Source: an uncultured virus (IMG/VR IMGVR_UViG_3300037297_000216)
Taxonomy: Duplodnaviria; Heunggongvirae; Uroviricota; Caudoviricetes; Crassvirales
DNA: 35,831 nt
Direction: 5' to 3' (one strand)
Virus record (IMG/VR): IMGVR_UViG_3300037297_000216
Positions 10,701-19,430 of the stretch are shown here, piece by piece. Position 1 is the stretch's first letter; every line of letters starts with the position of its first letter. The notes beneath the pieces were generated by a model that searched no databases, was not told the DNA's origin, and saw nothing but the letters and a program-made list of their open reading frames with translations. The translations under genes were made by a program, and so were the position numbers.

Positions 10701-13700
10701 TTCTTTTAGTAATTAAATCAGGATCTTTTACTAAATCCCTTAGAGTATCTGTTAAATAAGTATTCTGTGAGTAAACATAATATATGTTATTGTCAGGACC
10801 TAATATAGTATCATCTAATGCATCAGGTGAAAGTTCAGCCTGTAAATTAGCAAAATCCCTTATAATACTTTCATAACTATAAACATTATCTATAGTCGCA
10901 TTTTTAGGTACATTTTGATTTGAAAACAATTTCCATAAAGTGCCCTTAGTACCAAAAACAAGTTCTAAAGAATTTTTACCGCTTAATAAATCAATAAAAT
11001 TTTTATCGTAACTTCCTTTCTTTTGAGTAAGAAAAGCTACTAAAGTATCCTCTGTTATATTTATATGTAACTTATTTAATAAAGATAATAATTTTGTAGT
11101 ATGTTGTTGTATGTTAGGTAAAGTTAAACCATTCCTAGAAAATTCTTCACGTACTATCTTTGAAAAGGAAGTATATTCTGAAATAATTTTTAACAAATGT
11201 TGTTTATTATATTTTCGTTCAGAACCTTCAAAAAAAGCATCATCTTCTACTAATCTATTATTCCAATCAAACAAATACTGACTTGAAAGTTTTCGTACGT
11301 TAGCATCAACTACTAACATCCCTTTTGTATTCTTGTTGTATAAAAAGTTTATAAAATTATGACGATGTTTCATAACAGATACCTGAAACTGAGTCCTCAA
11401 CTCCTCATCTCCATTTATTAAACCAGGCTTTATTAAATCTCCTTTAGCATTTGTTATGCCATACAATAGAGTATTGTAATAATCATCTGTTGAATTATTA
11501 GCTTTTAATTTTAAGGTATCTATCATTTCATATATATTTGAAGAATTCCAAAGTAAAAACATCAATTTAGACCATGATGTATTAAAATCTTCAAATATAG
11601 GCATAGCTGAGTATGAATCTATCTTTCTTTCAACAGGTATAGTAGCAATAAACATCTTTATATTAGAAAGTATGTTGTCTCTACCTGAATACTCATAGGA
11701 AGCTTTTTGATATTTTTCAAAATTATTTGATTCATAATCCTCATTTTCATCGTTATAAGCAGCTACATCATCTTCATCATTTTCTATCCTTTTATGAATA
11801 TTCATTCCAAGTAACATATCATCCATATATTCGACAAATTTTGGAAAATTGTTTAATATGTCTTGATATACTTCTTGTAACCTAATTGTTTCTTTATATT
11901 CCTCTTGTCTACTTTTATCTTTAGAAATTTTTTCAGCTAATTCTTTAAATCTATTTTTTCTATTTAATACCCAATCATATACAGGCTGATATTTTATGTT
12001 ATCTATATTATTAATATTACTTACACCATTTAAAACTAATACTTGATATATTAAACCACTAGTAATATTACGTATTTGTTCATTATTAAATCCAGCTATT
12101 TTTTTAAGATAGTCTATACTCCCAAACTTTTCTAAATTTTCTGGTTTAACCTTAGCTCTTGAAAATTTATTTTGTTCAATAGATTTAAATAATTTTTTAA
12201 CTGTTAAATCAGAAATCTTAGTATTATCTACGAATACAGACTTAATAAAATTCCATAATTTTGCAAAAAAATCTGCTATCTTCTCAGATAAAGGTTTTAC
12301 TTTTTGATTAGTCAGTATATAAATTTCATATTCTTCCGCTAATTTTTCATTAACATATTTATCAGAAGATTCTCCTAAATTATATGATAACCTAGCGTCA
12401 TCATAAAGTTCAGCTCGTTGCTTATCAGTCAAATAATATAAAGTTACAAAATGAAAAGCCTCATGATACCCAGTACCTTCTTTGGCTTCTGTACTTATTT
12501 TTATAGCAGCATTTTTTACTAACCCAAAAGCAGTTTCATTACCAATTTCATTTGAAACCCTAATTAAATCATTAACTACTTGAATTGAAACATTTTTGCC
12601 AATTTGACGTTTTACATGTTTTAATTCTTTATTTAAATCTATCTTTTGGTAATCTACTTCCTTTTTATAAAAATGATTGATACTCCAAAACTCATTTCTA
12701 ATATCATCTAAAGTTTCCCCTTTCGGTTTTTCTTCTTCTTTAGTAGGTTTTTCAGTTATAGTTTCAGTAGAATTAATATTATCAAAATGTACAAACAAAG
12801 CTGGCTTATGATAAGCACTATTAGTCTTAAGATTATATCTTGCATTAGTTTTTACAAAACCATTATCTAATACATAACTTTCATAGGTTTGTCCTTCTTT
12901 ACCTTTTAACGAACCTATTGAAAAATTATTCTCAAAAGTAGTACCAAAATGATTAAAACTAATCCCATAGTTTTTATATATTACAGCCCAATCAATAAAT
13001 TTTTGTCTCTCTTGTGCTATTTGGTTTTCATTCTTGCCAACAAAGTTAAAAGATTTGTTGCCATAATGTAAAACTTTCCCTTCATAATACAACTGTTTGT
13101 CAATGAGATTCGGATTAACTACCGTTTTCTTTTGTTTAGTATGGGGTCCATAATTAACTAATAAATCTAGTATTTTTTCAGCTGTAGCTAACCCTTCTAC
13201 ATTTGCAACTTTTATTTGACGTTTAACACTGGGCCTTGTCCCAGGTCTTGACAGTAAGTTAGAAAATACATCAAATACTACACCGGCATGCTCATTAGAA
13301 AGTTTACTAGGGTTTAAATTTAACGCTCTATATTCTTTGTTACTAGTTAAATTAGTTCTTATAAAAACATTACCCCCAGTAGAACTACTTATACCTTCAA
13401 ATATTTCATTATTCAATCCCCTTATACTACCATCTTTTGTACTAACACCTAACTCAGCTTTTGAAGTATCTATACGCAGAGCATCCTTTACTAAAATATT
13501 TTCAGCTACAACATTTGGGTAACCCCTATCTTTACTAAGTCTTTTAATTCTTACTTTATTACCTTCTAAAATAGAATTTAGTACTTTTGATCTTACTTCC
13601 CTAGTTTTATCTCTTATATCTCCCTGATACTTTTCAGGACTAAGTACATCTGTATTAGAAGATCTACGTAAATAAAGATGTCCTTCTATTTGATTACCTT

Positions 13701-16700
13701 TTGAATCATACAATTTACCTATTACAGGAACTTCGTCTATGAATGAGTTATAATTATTTATATCTTCAATCTCTAAAACAAATTTATTTCCTTTTTGAAC
13801 TTTAGTTTTTAACTCTGTTTTATTTGCCCACCATTCTTTAGCATAATCAGAATCATAATCTATCTCAAATTCTATATAATTATTTTTTAAATCATTATCT
13901 GGATTTGATAAATACTCATTTAATTCCTTTTCTTTATTAGCTAAATATACCAATTGAGTAAAATCGCCATAGAGGTTATTTTCAGGCTCATACACGTACG
14001 TTTGATCTTTTGTAATAACGGGGACTTCATCAGTTACTTCAATGTCTCTATAACCTTCTAATGAAGCCTCAAAGGCTCGTTGTTCCGCCATAGCCTCTGC
14101 TTCTAATAAAGCGTCAGTTAAACTTTCTGCTTTAGCATCAACTACATCCTTTGCAGACTTTGACCCTTTATCCCTGGATTCAGTAGTCGACTCAACCTTT
14201 TTAATTGTATCTTCCTCAGATATAAATAACGCTGTAACGTCGGGAGAGTTATTAATTTCTTTCGAAGATCCTTGTCTAATATTTTCGGTAATTTCATCGT
14301 TTATAATAATATTTAAATCCGTAAAAAAGTTATTTAATAATCTTTTCTTAAATGGAGAATCTTTCATGACAACCCTTGAAGAAAGACTAACAGGTAACCA
14401 ATTTCTACCATTATAATATACCCTATACTCTTTATTTTCAAATTTATAAAATACAGGATGTTGTTCAGATTCCCTAAACTTGTTTAAAGCAGCTACCCTA
14501 GATTCTTCTATTATAGCAATAGCTGAAGCTATTTCATTCACTAAATTATCATTATCAACTGCTTCATAAGTTACTTTATTTTTTTTATCATCTAGTAAGG
14601 TAACAAAAATAGGATTACCTTCTTTATCTTCAGTAATTGATTCTAATATATTATAAGTAGCAAAAGTATGTTCTTTACCTTGAATATTCAATCCTACGTT
14701 ATCAGTAATAATAGATACTTTTATATCAAAAATTTCATCCCCTTGAATAGGTTGTATGCCTTTACTCTCTAAAGAAATATCAGCATTGGAGTAAGCAACA
14801 AAATACCTACTACCTTTTTCATCTTCCAATAAAACTTCAGAACCATCTGTTACAACTTGCCACTCCTTATTTGCATATGTAACTTTAGTACCAACAATAG
14901 AAGATATATCTTCTATCTTACTAAAAGGAGTAGAAATTAAAAGATTTTTAGCTGCTTTAGCAGGTTCTTTTTTAATTATATTCTCAGCTTTTTCTTTTGT
15001 TTTTTTCCTTTTTTCTTTAATTCCTGGTTTAATTTCTTCTAATTCTGCGTCATACTTAGCGTTTATTTTATCACGTATATCCTTTTCTGATTTTCCCCTT
15101 ATTTCTTCGGTTCTTCCTTCAGGATTAATATAGTACTCATATAATCCTTTTTCATCTTGTTCTACATAAAAATTTTCATTTGTAATACGCCTACGATTTT
15201 CAATATCAGCAACACGCTGTTCTTCAGAAATTTCTTCAGGCTTAACTACAGGCTTTTCTTCAGGTTCTGTAACAGGCTCCGTTGGTGTAACAGGCTTTTG
15301 TTTTGTACCAGCATTACGTTCAGCTTGTAATTCTTTCTGAGCTTTTATTGTATTTTCTTGTATAAGAGCTCCTTCTCTGGTGAAATCTGCTTTTGCATAT
15401 AATTCTTGTTGATCTTTAAAAGGAGTAAATTCTTTATCCTCTCTTATATTTATATAAACACTATCTCCTTTTTTTGAAATGTTTAAATATTTTGAATCTT
15501 TCTTCTTGTCTTCATTACTGTATTCATCTATATATATTTTTGAAATTTCTTTCTTTAGGTCAAGAATTTCCTTTTCAATTTCTCCTCCCCTATTTTGATA
15601 ATAAACGGGATTATCAATATAATCACTTTTTAAAGAAATATTTGTTTGAGTAAGAATCCTCCATTTACGAGCAAGTTGACTAGATAAATTTACTAATGTT
15701 TTACCAGTAATAGATAGTATAGAATTACCTTTATCATCCTTATCTGTATAAATTGGTATCTTAGAATTTAATGCTTGAGCTTCTCCCCTATACTTTTCTG
15801 ATAGTTCCATTAATAATTCTCGTTCAACTTCAGCTCTTGCTAATCTTGAAGCTATGTCAAAATCATAATTATCTTTAGTATAAGATTCAAAATAATTTCC
15901 TACCTTCTTAGTAACATCTACTAGCTCATCATAATTAGTTTTTATAAACTCGGCATCTGCTTCATCTAAATTAAAATTTTGTAATTCTTCAGTTGATGCA
16001 TTTTTTATAGCAGTAAGAAAATCTATAGAAAATTGTAAGTTACCTACTTCTGAAGCTTTGGCAGCCATTTCAGAAGCATGCCTAACTTTCAAAGATTGAG
16101 CTCCTAAAATATCACCCCTCTCTTCAGCTATCCTAGCAGATGTACCATATAACTTTATTAAGGGAGCCCAAGTATTAATATTATTAATTCTAGCCTGGTC
16201 AACCGGATCTTCCCCAAATATAGCTTTATTTATACGTCTACCAACAGTTTGAAATACTGTAGACCCTAAAGCTCCCATAGTAAAACTAGTCCATAACTCA
16301 CCTTCCCCTAAATAATCACTAATTGATTTTTTTGTAACAGTGGGGTCTAATGAAGCACGAGACAAGTAATCAGCGTTCTCAGAGACGATATACTGCATTA
16401 CTTCTTCACCACCTTCTGTAATAGCATCTTCTAAAAGAAGTGCCCCCTTACGAGCTAAAATAGGGCTTAAATCAAACCCCATACTTTTACTCATCTCTAA
16501 AGTAGCAGGTTTACTAGCTTTGCCAAACGCTTTACCTAAAATTAAATATTGTGGAATATCCTGAGCCATAAGTACCCAGTTTTTATTCCATATATCTGAA
16601 GCAGCAATTGAAGCATTCTTTTTAGCTTCATTAGGAGACATGCCTGCTTGAAGATTTCGTTGTTCAATTTCGTCATATTTCCCAGCAGCTTCCATACCAT

Positions 16701-17340
16701 TCTCCATAAGTCTAGAAACAACAGCCTGGCCGATACCAGTGGAGAGCCACTTAGCCTTCTTACCCATATTTAAGGATATATCAGCCGCTTTGCCTAACAT
16801 ACTAATACCTTTTGTGGCGCCTAATGTAGGTACTAATAAAGACAATGTACTAGCAACTGAAGGACCGTTTGACATCCACCAAGACCATTTATCAGGTCTA
16901 AATTGACCAGGCTCGTATGTAGTATAAATAGGAGTAGCTTCTTGTGACCAAGTTCGAAGATCTTTACCTATATCACTTAACCAATTACCCCAATCTTGTT
17001 CAACATCGTTAAGTATATTTACAGTTTGATCAACATCTAACAAATACCCAGCACCTTCCAAAGTACCACCAACTATTTCCCCAACAATTGCTTGATTAAG
17101 AAAAGCCCCAAATTGTTCAGTACCTGATTGTCTCTCAGCCCTAACTCTATCTAAATAATCTTGGCCAAATTCAGGATGTACTTTCCCTTCAAAAAATCGT
17201 TTATAAGGCCTTATATCAAAAGTACTTTCTACTGTACCTGTAAAAGTCGAATAAGGTTCATCTTCAGGAAAAAGTAAACCAGTAGTAGGATCTACTGGTT
17301 CCGTACCCAAAACTTCATCTTCTGGAAATTTTAAAGCCAT
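4723..17340 (-). CDS. Giant virion-packaged DNA-dependent RNA polymerase polyprotein (crAss-like two-barrel RNAP fused to an N-terminal cargo region, a zincin peptidase and C-terminal accessory domains), 4205 aa
   Basis: GSDFDIDK catalytic loop (DFDIDK at 8457-8440), preceded by GYRIPTQG (8580-8557). TDAQVYITP, PLKPVY, DKMS, FDSAVKVG and VDVAKDP motifs match the crAss-like/phi14:2 gp66 RNAP type, where DFDID replaces cellular DFDGD. GYHEAFH zincin at 12465-12451. Confidence 0.92.
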   Translation of the reverse strand: MALKFPEDEVLGTEPVDPTTGLLFPEDEPYSTFTGTVESTFDIRPYKRFFEGKVHPEFGQDYLDRVRAERQSGTEQFGAFLNQAIVGEIVGGTLEGAGYLLDVDQTVNILNDVEQDWGNWLSDIGKDLRTWSQEATPIYTTYEPGQFRPDKWSWWMSNGPSVASTLSLLVPTLGATKGISMLGKAADISLNMGKKAKWLSTGIGQAVVSRLMENGMEAAGKYDEIEQRNLQAGMSPNEAKKNASIAASDIWNKNWVLMAQDIPQYLILGKAFGKASKPATLEMSKSMGFDLSPILARKGALLLEDAITEGGEEVMQYIVSENADYLSRASLDPTVTKKSISDYLGEGELWTSFTMGALGSTVFQTVGRRINKAIFGEDPVDQARINNINTWAPLIKLYGTSARIAEERGDILGAQSLKVRHASEMAAKASEVGNLQFSIDFLTAIKNASTEELQNFNLDEADAEFIKTNYDELVDVTKKVGNYFESYTKDNYDFDIASRLARAEVERELLMELSEKYRGEAQALNSKIPIYTDKDDKGNSILSITGKTLVNLSSQLARKWRILTQTNISLKSDYIDNPVYYQNRGGEIEKEILDLKKEISKIYIDEYSNEDKKKDSKYLNISKKGDSVYINIREDKEFTPFKDQQELYAKADFTREGALIQENTIKAQKELQAERNAGTKQKPVTPTEPVTEPEEKPVVKPEEISEEQRVADIENRRRITNENFYVEQDEKGLYEYYINPEGRTEEIRGKSEKDIRDKINAKYDAELEEIKPGIKEKRKKTKEKAENIIKKEPAKAAKNLLISTPFSKIEDISSIVGTKVTYANKEWQVVTDGSEVLLEDEKGSRYFVAYSNADISLESKGIQPIQGDEIFDIKVSIITDNVGLNIQGKEHTFATYNILESITEDKEGNPIFVTLLDDKKNKVTYEAVDNDNLVNEIASAIAIIEESRVAALNKFRESEQHPVFYKFENKEYRVYYNGRNWLPVSLSSRVVMKDSPFKKRLLNNFFTDLNIIINDEITENIRQGSSKEINNSPDVTALFISEEDTIKKVESTTESRDKGSKSAKDVVDAKAESLTDALLEAEAMAEQRAFEASLEGYRDIEVTDEVPVITKDQTYVYEPENNLYGDFTQLVYLANKEKELNEYLSNPDNDLKNNYIEFEIDYDSDYAKEWWANKTELKTKVQKGNKFVLEIEDINNYNSFIDEVPVIGKLYDSKGNQIEGHLYLRRSSNTDVLSPEKYQGDIRDKTREVRSKVLNSILEGNKVRIKRLSKDRGYPNVVAENILVKDALRIDTSKAELGVSTKDGSIRGLNNEIFEGISSSTGGNVFIRTNLTSNKEYRALNLNPSKLSNEHAGVVFDVFSNLLSRPGTRPSVKRQIKVANVEGLATAEKILDLLVNYGPHTKQKKTVVNPNLIDKQLYYEGKVLHYGNKSFNFVGKNENQIAQERQKFIDWAVIYKNYGISFNHFGTTFENNFSIGSLKGKEGQTYESYVLDNGFVKTNARYNLKTNSAYHKPALFVHFDNINSTETITEKPTKEEEKPKGETLDDIRNEFWSINHFYKKEVDYQKIDLNKELKHVKRQIGKNVSIQVVNDLIRVSNEIGNETAFGLVKNAAIKISTEAKEGTGYHEAFHFVTLYYLTDKQRAELYDDARLSYNLGESSDKYVNEKLAEEYEIYILTNQKVKPLSEKIADFFAKLWNFIKSVFVDNTKISDLTVKKLFKSIEQNKFSRAKVKPENLEKFGSIDYLKKIAGFNNEQIRNITSGLIYQVLVLNGVSNINNIDNIKYQPVYDWVLNRKNRFKELAEKISKDKSRQEEYKETIRLQEVYQDILNNFPKFVEYMDDMLLGMNIHKRIENDEDDVAAYNDENEDYESNNFEKYQKASYEYSGRDNILSNIKMFIATIPVERKIDSYSAMPIFEDFNTSWSKLMFLLWNSSNIYEMIDTLKLKANNSTDDYYNTLLYGITNAKGDLIKPGLINGDEELRTQFQVSVMKHRHNFINFLYNKNTKGMLVVDANVRKLSSQYLFDWNNRLVEDDAFFEGSERKYNKQHLLKIISEYTSFSKIVREEFSRNGLTLPNIQQHTTKLLSLLNKLHINITEDTLVAFLTQKKGSYDKNFIDLLSGKNSLELVFGTKGTLWKLFSNQNVPKNATIDNVYSYESIIRDFANLQAELSPDALDDTILGPDNNIYYVYSQNTYLTDTLRDLVKDPDLITKRSKVVYNKNSRFYKELIEGTKPQVTTMSALRIPGISNTGYLELSRDMDYLVKLNAVLQGYLPLPTLADRRSFFFYKGFKTLKEEFSDIQLDEKGNIVIPKKVIDVFKGYAEDEYNRINQAKQQIEDAKKNGYKGLIENYHYEKFDSYGNPVEGNALKFVLFKEFNKTTYNLNKVEKIIKDRIRDSLNYAKELGVINIKLIGGKEIYTNNLLDKKVIKGYKDKYGLGESEAIYTIISEFTTSYMMSIIETQKLLSGDPAFYKHSKVNGDIVDDFIKRVSVLAAPGDNYRTDYKEGEFAGKTKYNVVTLATQKYNSEEIYNKLKPKFIKLLKKIDPNISDQAALLLAEDKLKAYKNVDVTDAQVYITPEFYRELSIRIGEWSKGKQDAFDLLMSDKELTPEEELKASGVIMQPLKPVYFGIEQTNNLNIPVYDKMSMAVLLPRYIDKKSKIRPLIDKMREEGIDVVKFDSAVKVGNRDSIKYFKSDGSVNTTALKDIKKVVHKQSFRNLRRQQITDVHEASKRLIGTQLRKMVYANLHLEKEVYKFRGRDITGKELANIISKTFNALSNKGKAEFKEKLGIDENDKVDEVKLRRMLRSDAVKGNMPYNVIEALEEGIQLDTLPDRKWVESRLIALNTKHTIHLKSKGDAYIQVSNFGLHTVESDRLNLIDSSGKMEVMMSVQMFKDVIPNYNKKTFEQKKKWLEKNLEGIGYRIPTQGPNSVVVFSVKDFLPENTGNTIILPSEFTALTGSDFDIDKIFIARYNYNRKGNKVEFIEGDEGDLVTEASTWERIYQQLYQDKIFLREELQEVKEKVASKILLNKEKYGILFAEELTNENYKSMVNTLMSLRQEVLDDWNIKNITPEQVDSLLEDLNKIPDFDEWVNKNKKTSVYDLNSKEAVENRLLDTMFTVFTNEEHLMDTKTPLDRFTSDLKEIASELKKLEGKTKSLQSLEGIAPTYQIEAKVNYTEGKGGIGPFALNNVHHALAQISDLKIKFREYFKDGSFREFLIGNNDGKWVNVGGIIGKDGINILDWFSALISAHVDVAKDPYIFDINVVPTTYNVVSLLLRSGIGKNTFWFINQPLIKDNKYDLEDKNKLYNIAEKNKLKAVYLAKKEGMSKEDVEKIFNYNALPKNALGYSENTYKNFIKGDKDWKWYATQGGLLKAYARMLEPANLLSKIVLSTRTDTRGIGKNLAAVKRYNVNLEELMLRDDVLNLDKFMNESFLQTFHDNSAAYISTVYSGLMISSTKQFNTLVDRIISDTNVNSRNPRIMKVIEDELFTSIVSEYFTSLDGFGLSKEDILNLFEGKNSLPKRLYDLKESNLEFYNKNPFLKTLIPIFNTKTNIGYISTRTGDRGDKWVRDTITESWAELMEHEDDNIRTIARELVYYSFYMSGFNRSSFSFYHNIPIEFFIEVPSYFVNKEHSISYNDFIKNKREELQNEEIDEEYVERLTRDVYLNNSSLFVPLVQNISYKEVKEGDKVIPLLQVDKSKDLYRGLSDKGDPIYSRFIRFEVYSKEKNDSVDYVAEYIATEDDRNVLLYRPVDKKGFYEKGHVFKEYGLGDRSLVKDNNVKMFPEKVIQKVLEFENVNYVSKDDRSDIEYRKQEGVVETEVPVEEKEISKVKYKIPMKFKDGDGGREMRSEFKGKSTMDLILSGDRIATTRNTSKPYNQFNLQYGDVIQFYDDKGRVANVEVTSPFKPIDEVLSNIINEDIYDKLFSNKEKDLIEGLNTSEKDLVPLRAKWWSKLEGWSEKEYYRLLKEGTYEQFTFKLIKEVISEATQTEFLFETEVIPEEIPVVREYTPENITSLKSNEVFVFGSNTEGRHGKGAALIAKQRFGAKYGQAEGLQGQSYAIITKDLKKGEKSIPLNKIGKGIQDMLLFAKDNPNKKFYVAKLGSSLAGYSTDEIKGLFEQLKNFIPNNVVLPREYEVRETIETKDITEESPFYSDEQIELIQLIPTGFLSDVEYNKLQNAVANNMPVDEFKKLVESIKNCG
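4924..5307 (-). other. Macro-like phage domain (FVFGSN/GxHGxGAA family) at the RNAP polyprotein C-terminus
   Basis: YTPENITSLKSNEVFVFGSNTEGRHGKGAALIAKQRFGAKYGQAEGLQGQSYAIITK...FYVAKLGSSLAGY...NVVLP matches a widespread, usually stand-alone ~130-aa phage/bacterial family with macrodomain-like glycine loops. Confidence 0.7.
5392..5844 (-). other. ASCH/PUA-like domain near the RNAP polyprotein C-terminus
   Basis: TMDLILSGDRIATTR...LQYGDVIQF...VEVT ... SKLEGW resembles the ASCH pattern (I..G.K..T.R, GD.i.f, V.V, a..EG). Confidence 0.6.
12150..12640 (-). other. Zincin metallopeptidase domain within the RNAP polyprotein
   Basis: AFGLVKNAAIKISTEAKEGTGYHEAFHFV ... NEKLAEEY ... IADFFAKLWNFIKSVF. Boundaries approximate. 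Confidence 0.8.
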
Positions 17341-17362
17341 AATTAATATTTAAATATGTTTA

Positions 17363-19420
17363 TTAAACAGGACTATACTTATTTATAACCCTCATGTCGT
17401 ATATTGCTTTTTCTAAATCTTCCCTTGTTGTATATGTTCTTTTACTTTCTTCTTTTGTATCCGGATCTAATAGCTTATACCCATTACCTCTTTTAACAAC
17501 TGTTACGTAAGCAGTTTTTGGTAAAGGTACGTATTTATCACCAACTATTTTGTGTTTAGATAATTCTACTTTGAAATTATAACCCTCTTTTACATCCTTA
17601 GGGTTATTCCATCCTTTTTCAATATCTAAACTAACATTAGGATAATCCCATCTCCTTGCAGTTTTTGTATACCCAAGTATAGAAAAATCCCTTACTACTG
17701 ATTGAATATCACTTTGATTTGGAAGAAATACCTTATAGGTTGCTTTAGGTTTAGAAGTTTTAATTCCATCTTTATTTTTTTTAACATCCATAGTTTCAAC
17801 AGCCAAAAAAGGACCCTTACTAGTTATACTTATAGAAGGTCCCATGATATAATAATCATCAGCCTCTTGAAATTTCTTAAGTTTATCATCCTTTTCACCT
17901 GCTATCCATTCTACTTTTTGATCTTTAACTAATGTAGTAACATCTTTAAATATCCTCGCTATATCAGAAGGAATTTGTTTTCCACTAACTGGATCAATAA
18001 TATAACCTACTCCTTGAGAAATTACAATTGGAGGAGCATCCGTAACTGATTCTTTTAAACTAGCTGGAAGACTTACTTTTAATATTTCTTTAGTTCTCTT
18101 ATTTACATTATTTTCTAAATTACTTATATACTTATTATATTTTGTTACAGCTTCGTTAATAGCAAGTTTTTCAGAATAAGAAGAATGGGGTTTATCCCCA
18201 TATATCGACTCATATATATATGTAGGAGATACATTACGTTGTGAAATGTCCTTAATTATAAAAGAATCAATATTTTCTACAATATTATCAAATACTTCAC
18301 CACTTATTCCTTTAGATAACAAATCAATTTTTAAATCATCTAAAGCTGTTCTATATCCCTCATTAACCTCAGTATTTACTACTGATACAGCTTGATCTAA
18401 TACTGCTATATCCTTATTTAATTTTTCTGCTAATTGATCATATTCTGCTTGTTTTTCTGCTCGAATTGTTGGACTTGATGTATTAATTTGATATTGTAAA
18501 TTAGCCAACTCTTCTTGTTGTTTTTCTATACCCTTCATAAATAATCTAGGAACTCTTCGTTCTTTAGGAACTTCTTGAGCAGGTAATTGAACTTCCCTTT
18601 CAACAGTAGGAAATATAGGACCTTGTTTTTTTCCACCAGAGCCGGGTATTAAACCTACATTAGAGCCTACAAAACCCATACCAGATCTATAAAGTTCTTC
18701 ATAAGCAATGTCTTCAGCGCTTCTTTGATCTCCCCTAGCCCTTTGAATCCTAACTAATTGATTTCCTTCAGGGGTTTTTAAGAAATTGGATATTGATTCT
18801 TCAGCACGTCCACTAATCATTGATTCTACAATACCTTGTCTATAAGCTCTTGTACCTGTAACAGGATCTATTTCAAAAGCTGGACCTAATAATTGACTTC
18901 CTAAATTCTTAAAATATTCAGCTGATTGAGTTTCAATATCTAAAGCTGCTTCTGGTATAGCTGCAAATACTCCAGACTTTAAAGTGCTATGTCTTGAGGG
19001 ATCTGTTAACAATTCAGGTACTGGAGTTCGACCAGCCGCACCCATCTTTGCTAACGTATTTAAATAACTTTGATAATTTTTATAACTCTCTTGTATTTTA
19101 CTAATATTACCTTTACTTACTTTAGTTCTTAATTCCTTACTTATTTGCTTAGCAATCATTGGATCACTTAAATCCTTATTGATATATTTTTCAGTAATCT
19201 CATTTATAGTAGGAATTACTTGTTCTTTTATATACTGTTCATCATACCCAGGCATACCTCTTAATAACTCAGCTTCAGCTTGAGTTTGTTCTAACCCAGC
19301 CAAACCTTGTTCATAACGCTGTTGTCTTGCTGTACCAGCTTGAACTATCTCTTCAAATGGAATTGGAACATAAGTATTAACTATGTTACTCTCTGCGGGA
19401 ACATCATATATTGAAGGCAT
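17363..19420 (-). CDS. Virion cargo/ejection protein (second cargo gene), 685 aa
   Basis: Lies between the cargo-1-like gene and the RNAP gene. N-terminal NTYVPIPFEEI motif followed by helical/coiled regions. No Cys seen. Assignment mostly by synteny. Confidence 0.6.
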   Translation of the reverse strand: MPSIYDVPAESNIVNTYVPIPFEEIVQAGTARQQRYEQGLAGLEQTQAEAELLRGMPGYDEQYIKEQVIPTINEITEKYINKDLSDPMIAKQISKELRTKVSKGNISKIQESYKNYQSYLNTLAKMGAAGRTPVPELLTDPSRHSTLKSGVFAAIPEAALDIETQSAEYFKNLGSQLLGPAFEIDPVTGTRAYRQGIVESMISGRAEESISNFLKTPEGNQLVRIQRARGDQRSAEDIAYEELYRSGMGFVGSNVGLIPGSGGKKQGPIFPTVEREVQLPAQEVPKERRVPRLFMKGIEKQQEELANLQYQINTSSPTIRAEKQAEYDQLAEKLNKDIAVLDQAVSVVNTEVNEGYRTALDDLKIDLLSKGISGEVFDNIVENIDSFIIKDISQRNVSPTYIYESIYGDKPHSSYSEKLAINEAVTKYNKYISNLENNVNKRTKEILKVSLPASLKESVTDAPPIVISQGVGYIIDPVSGKQIPSDIARIFKDVTTLVKDQKVEWIAGEKDDKLKKFQEADDYYIMGPSISITSKGPFLAVETMDVKKNKDGIKTSKPKATYKVFLPNQSDIQSVVRDFSILGYTKTARRWDYPNVSLDIEKGWNNPKDVKEGYNFKVELSKHKIVGDKYVPLPKTAYVTVVKRGNGYKLLDPDTKEESKRTYTTREDLEKAIYDMRVINKYSPV

Positions 19421-19430
19421 ATTACAAGAA

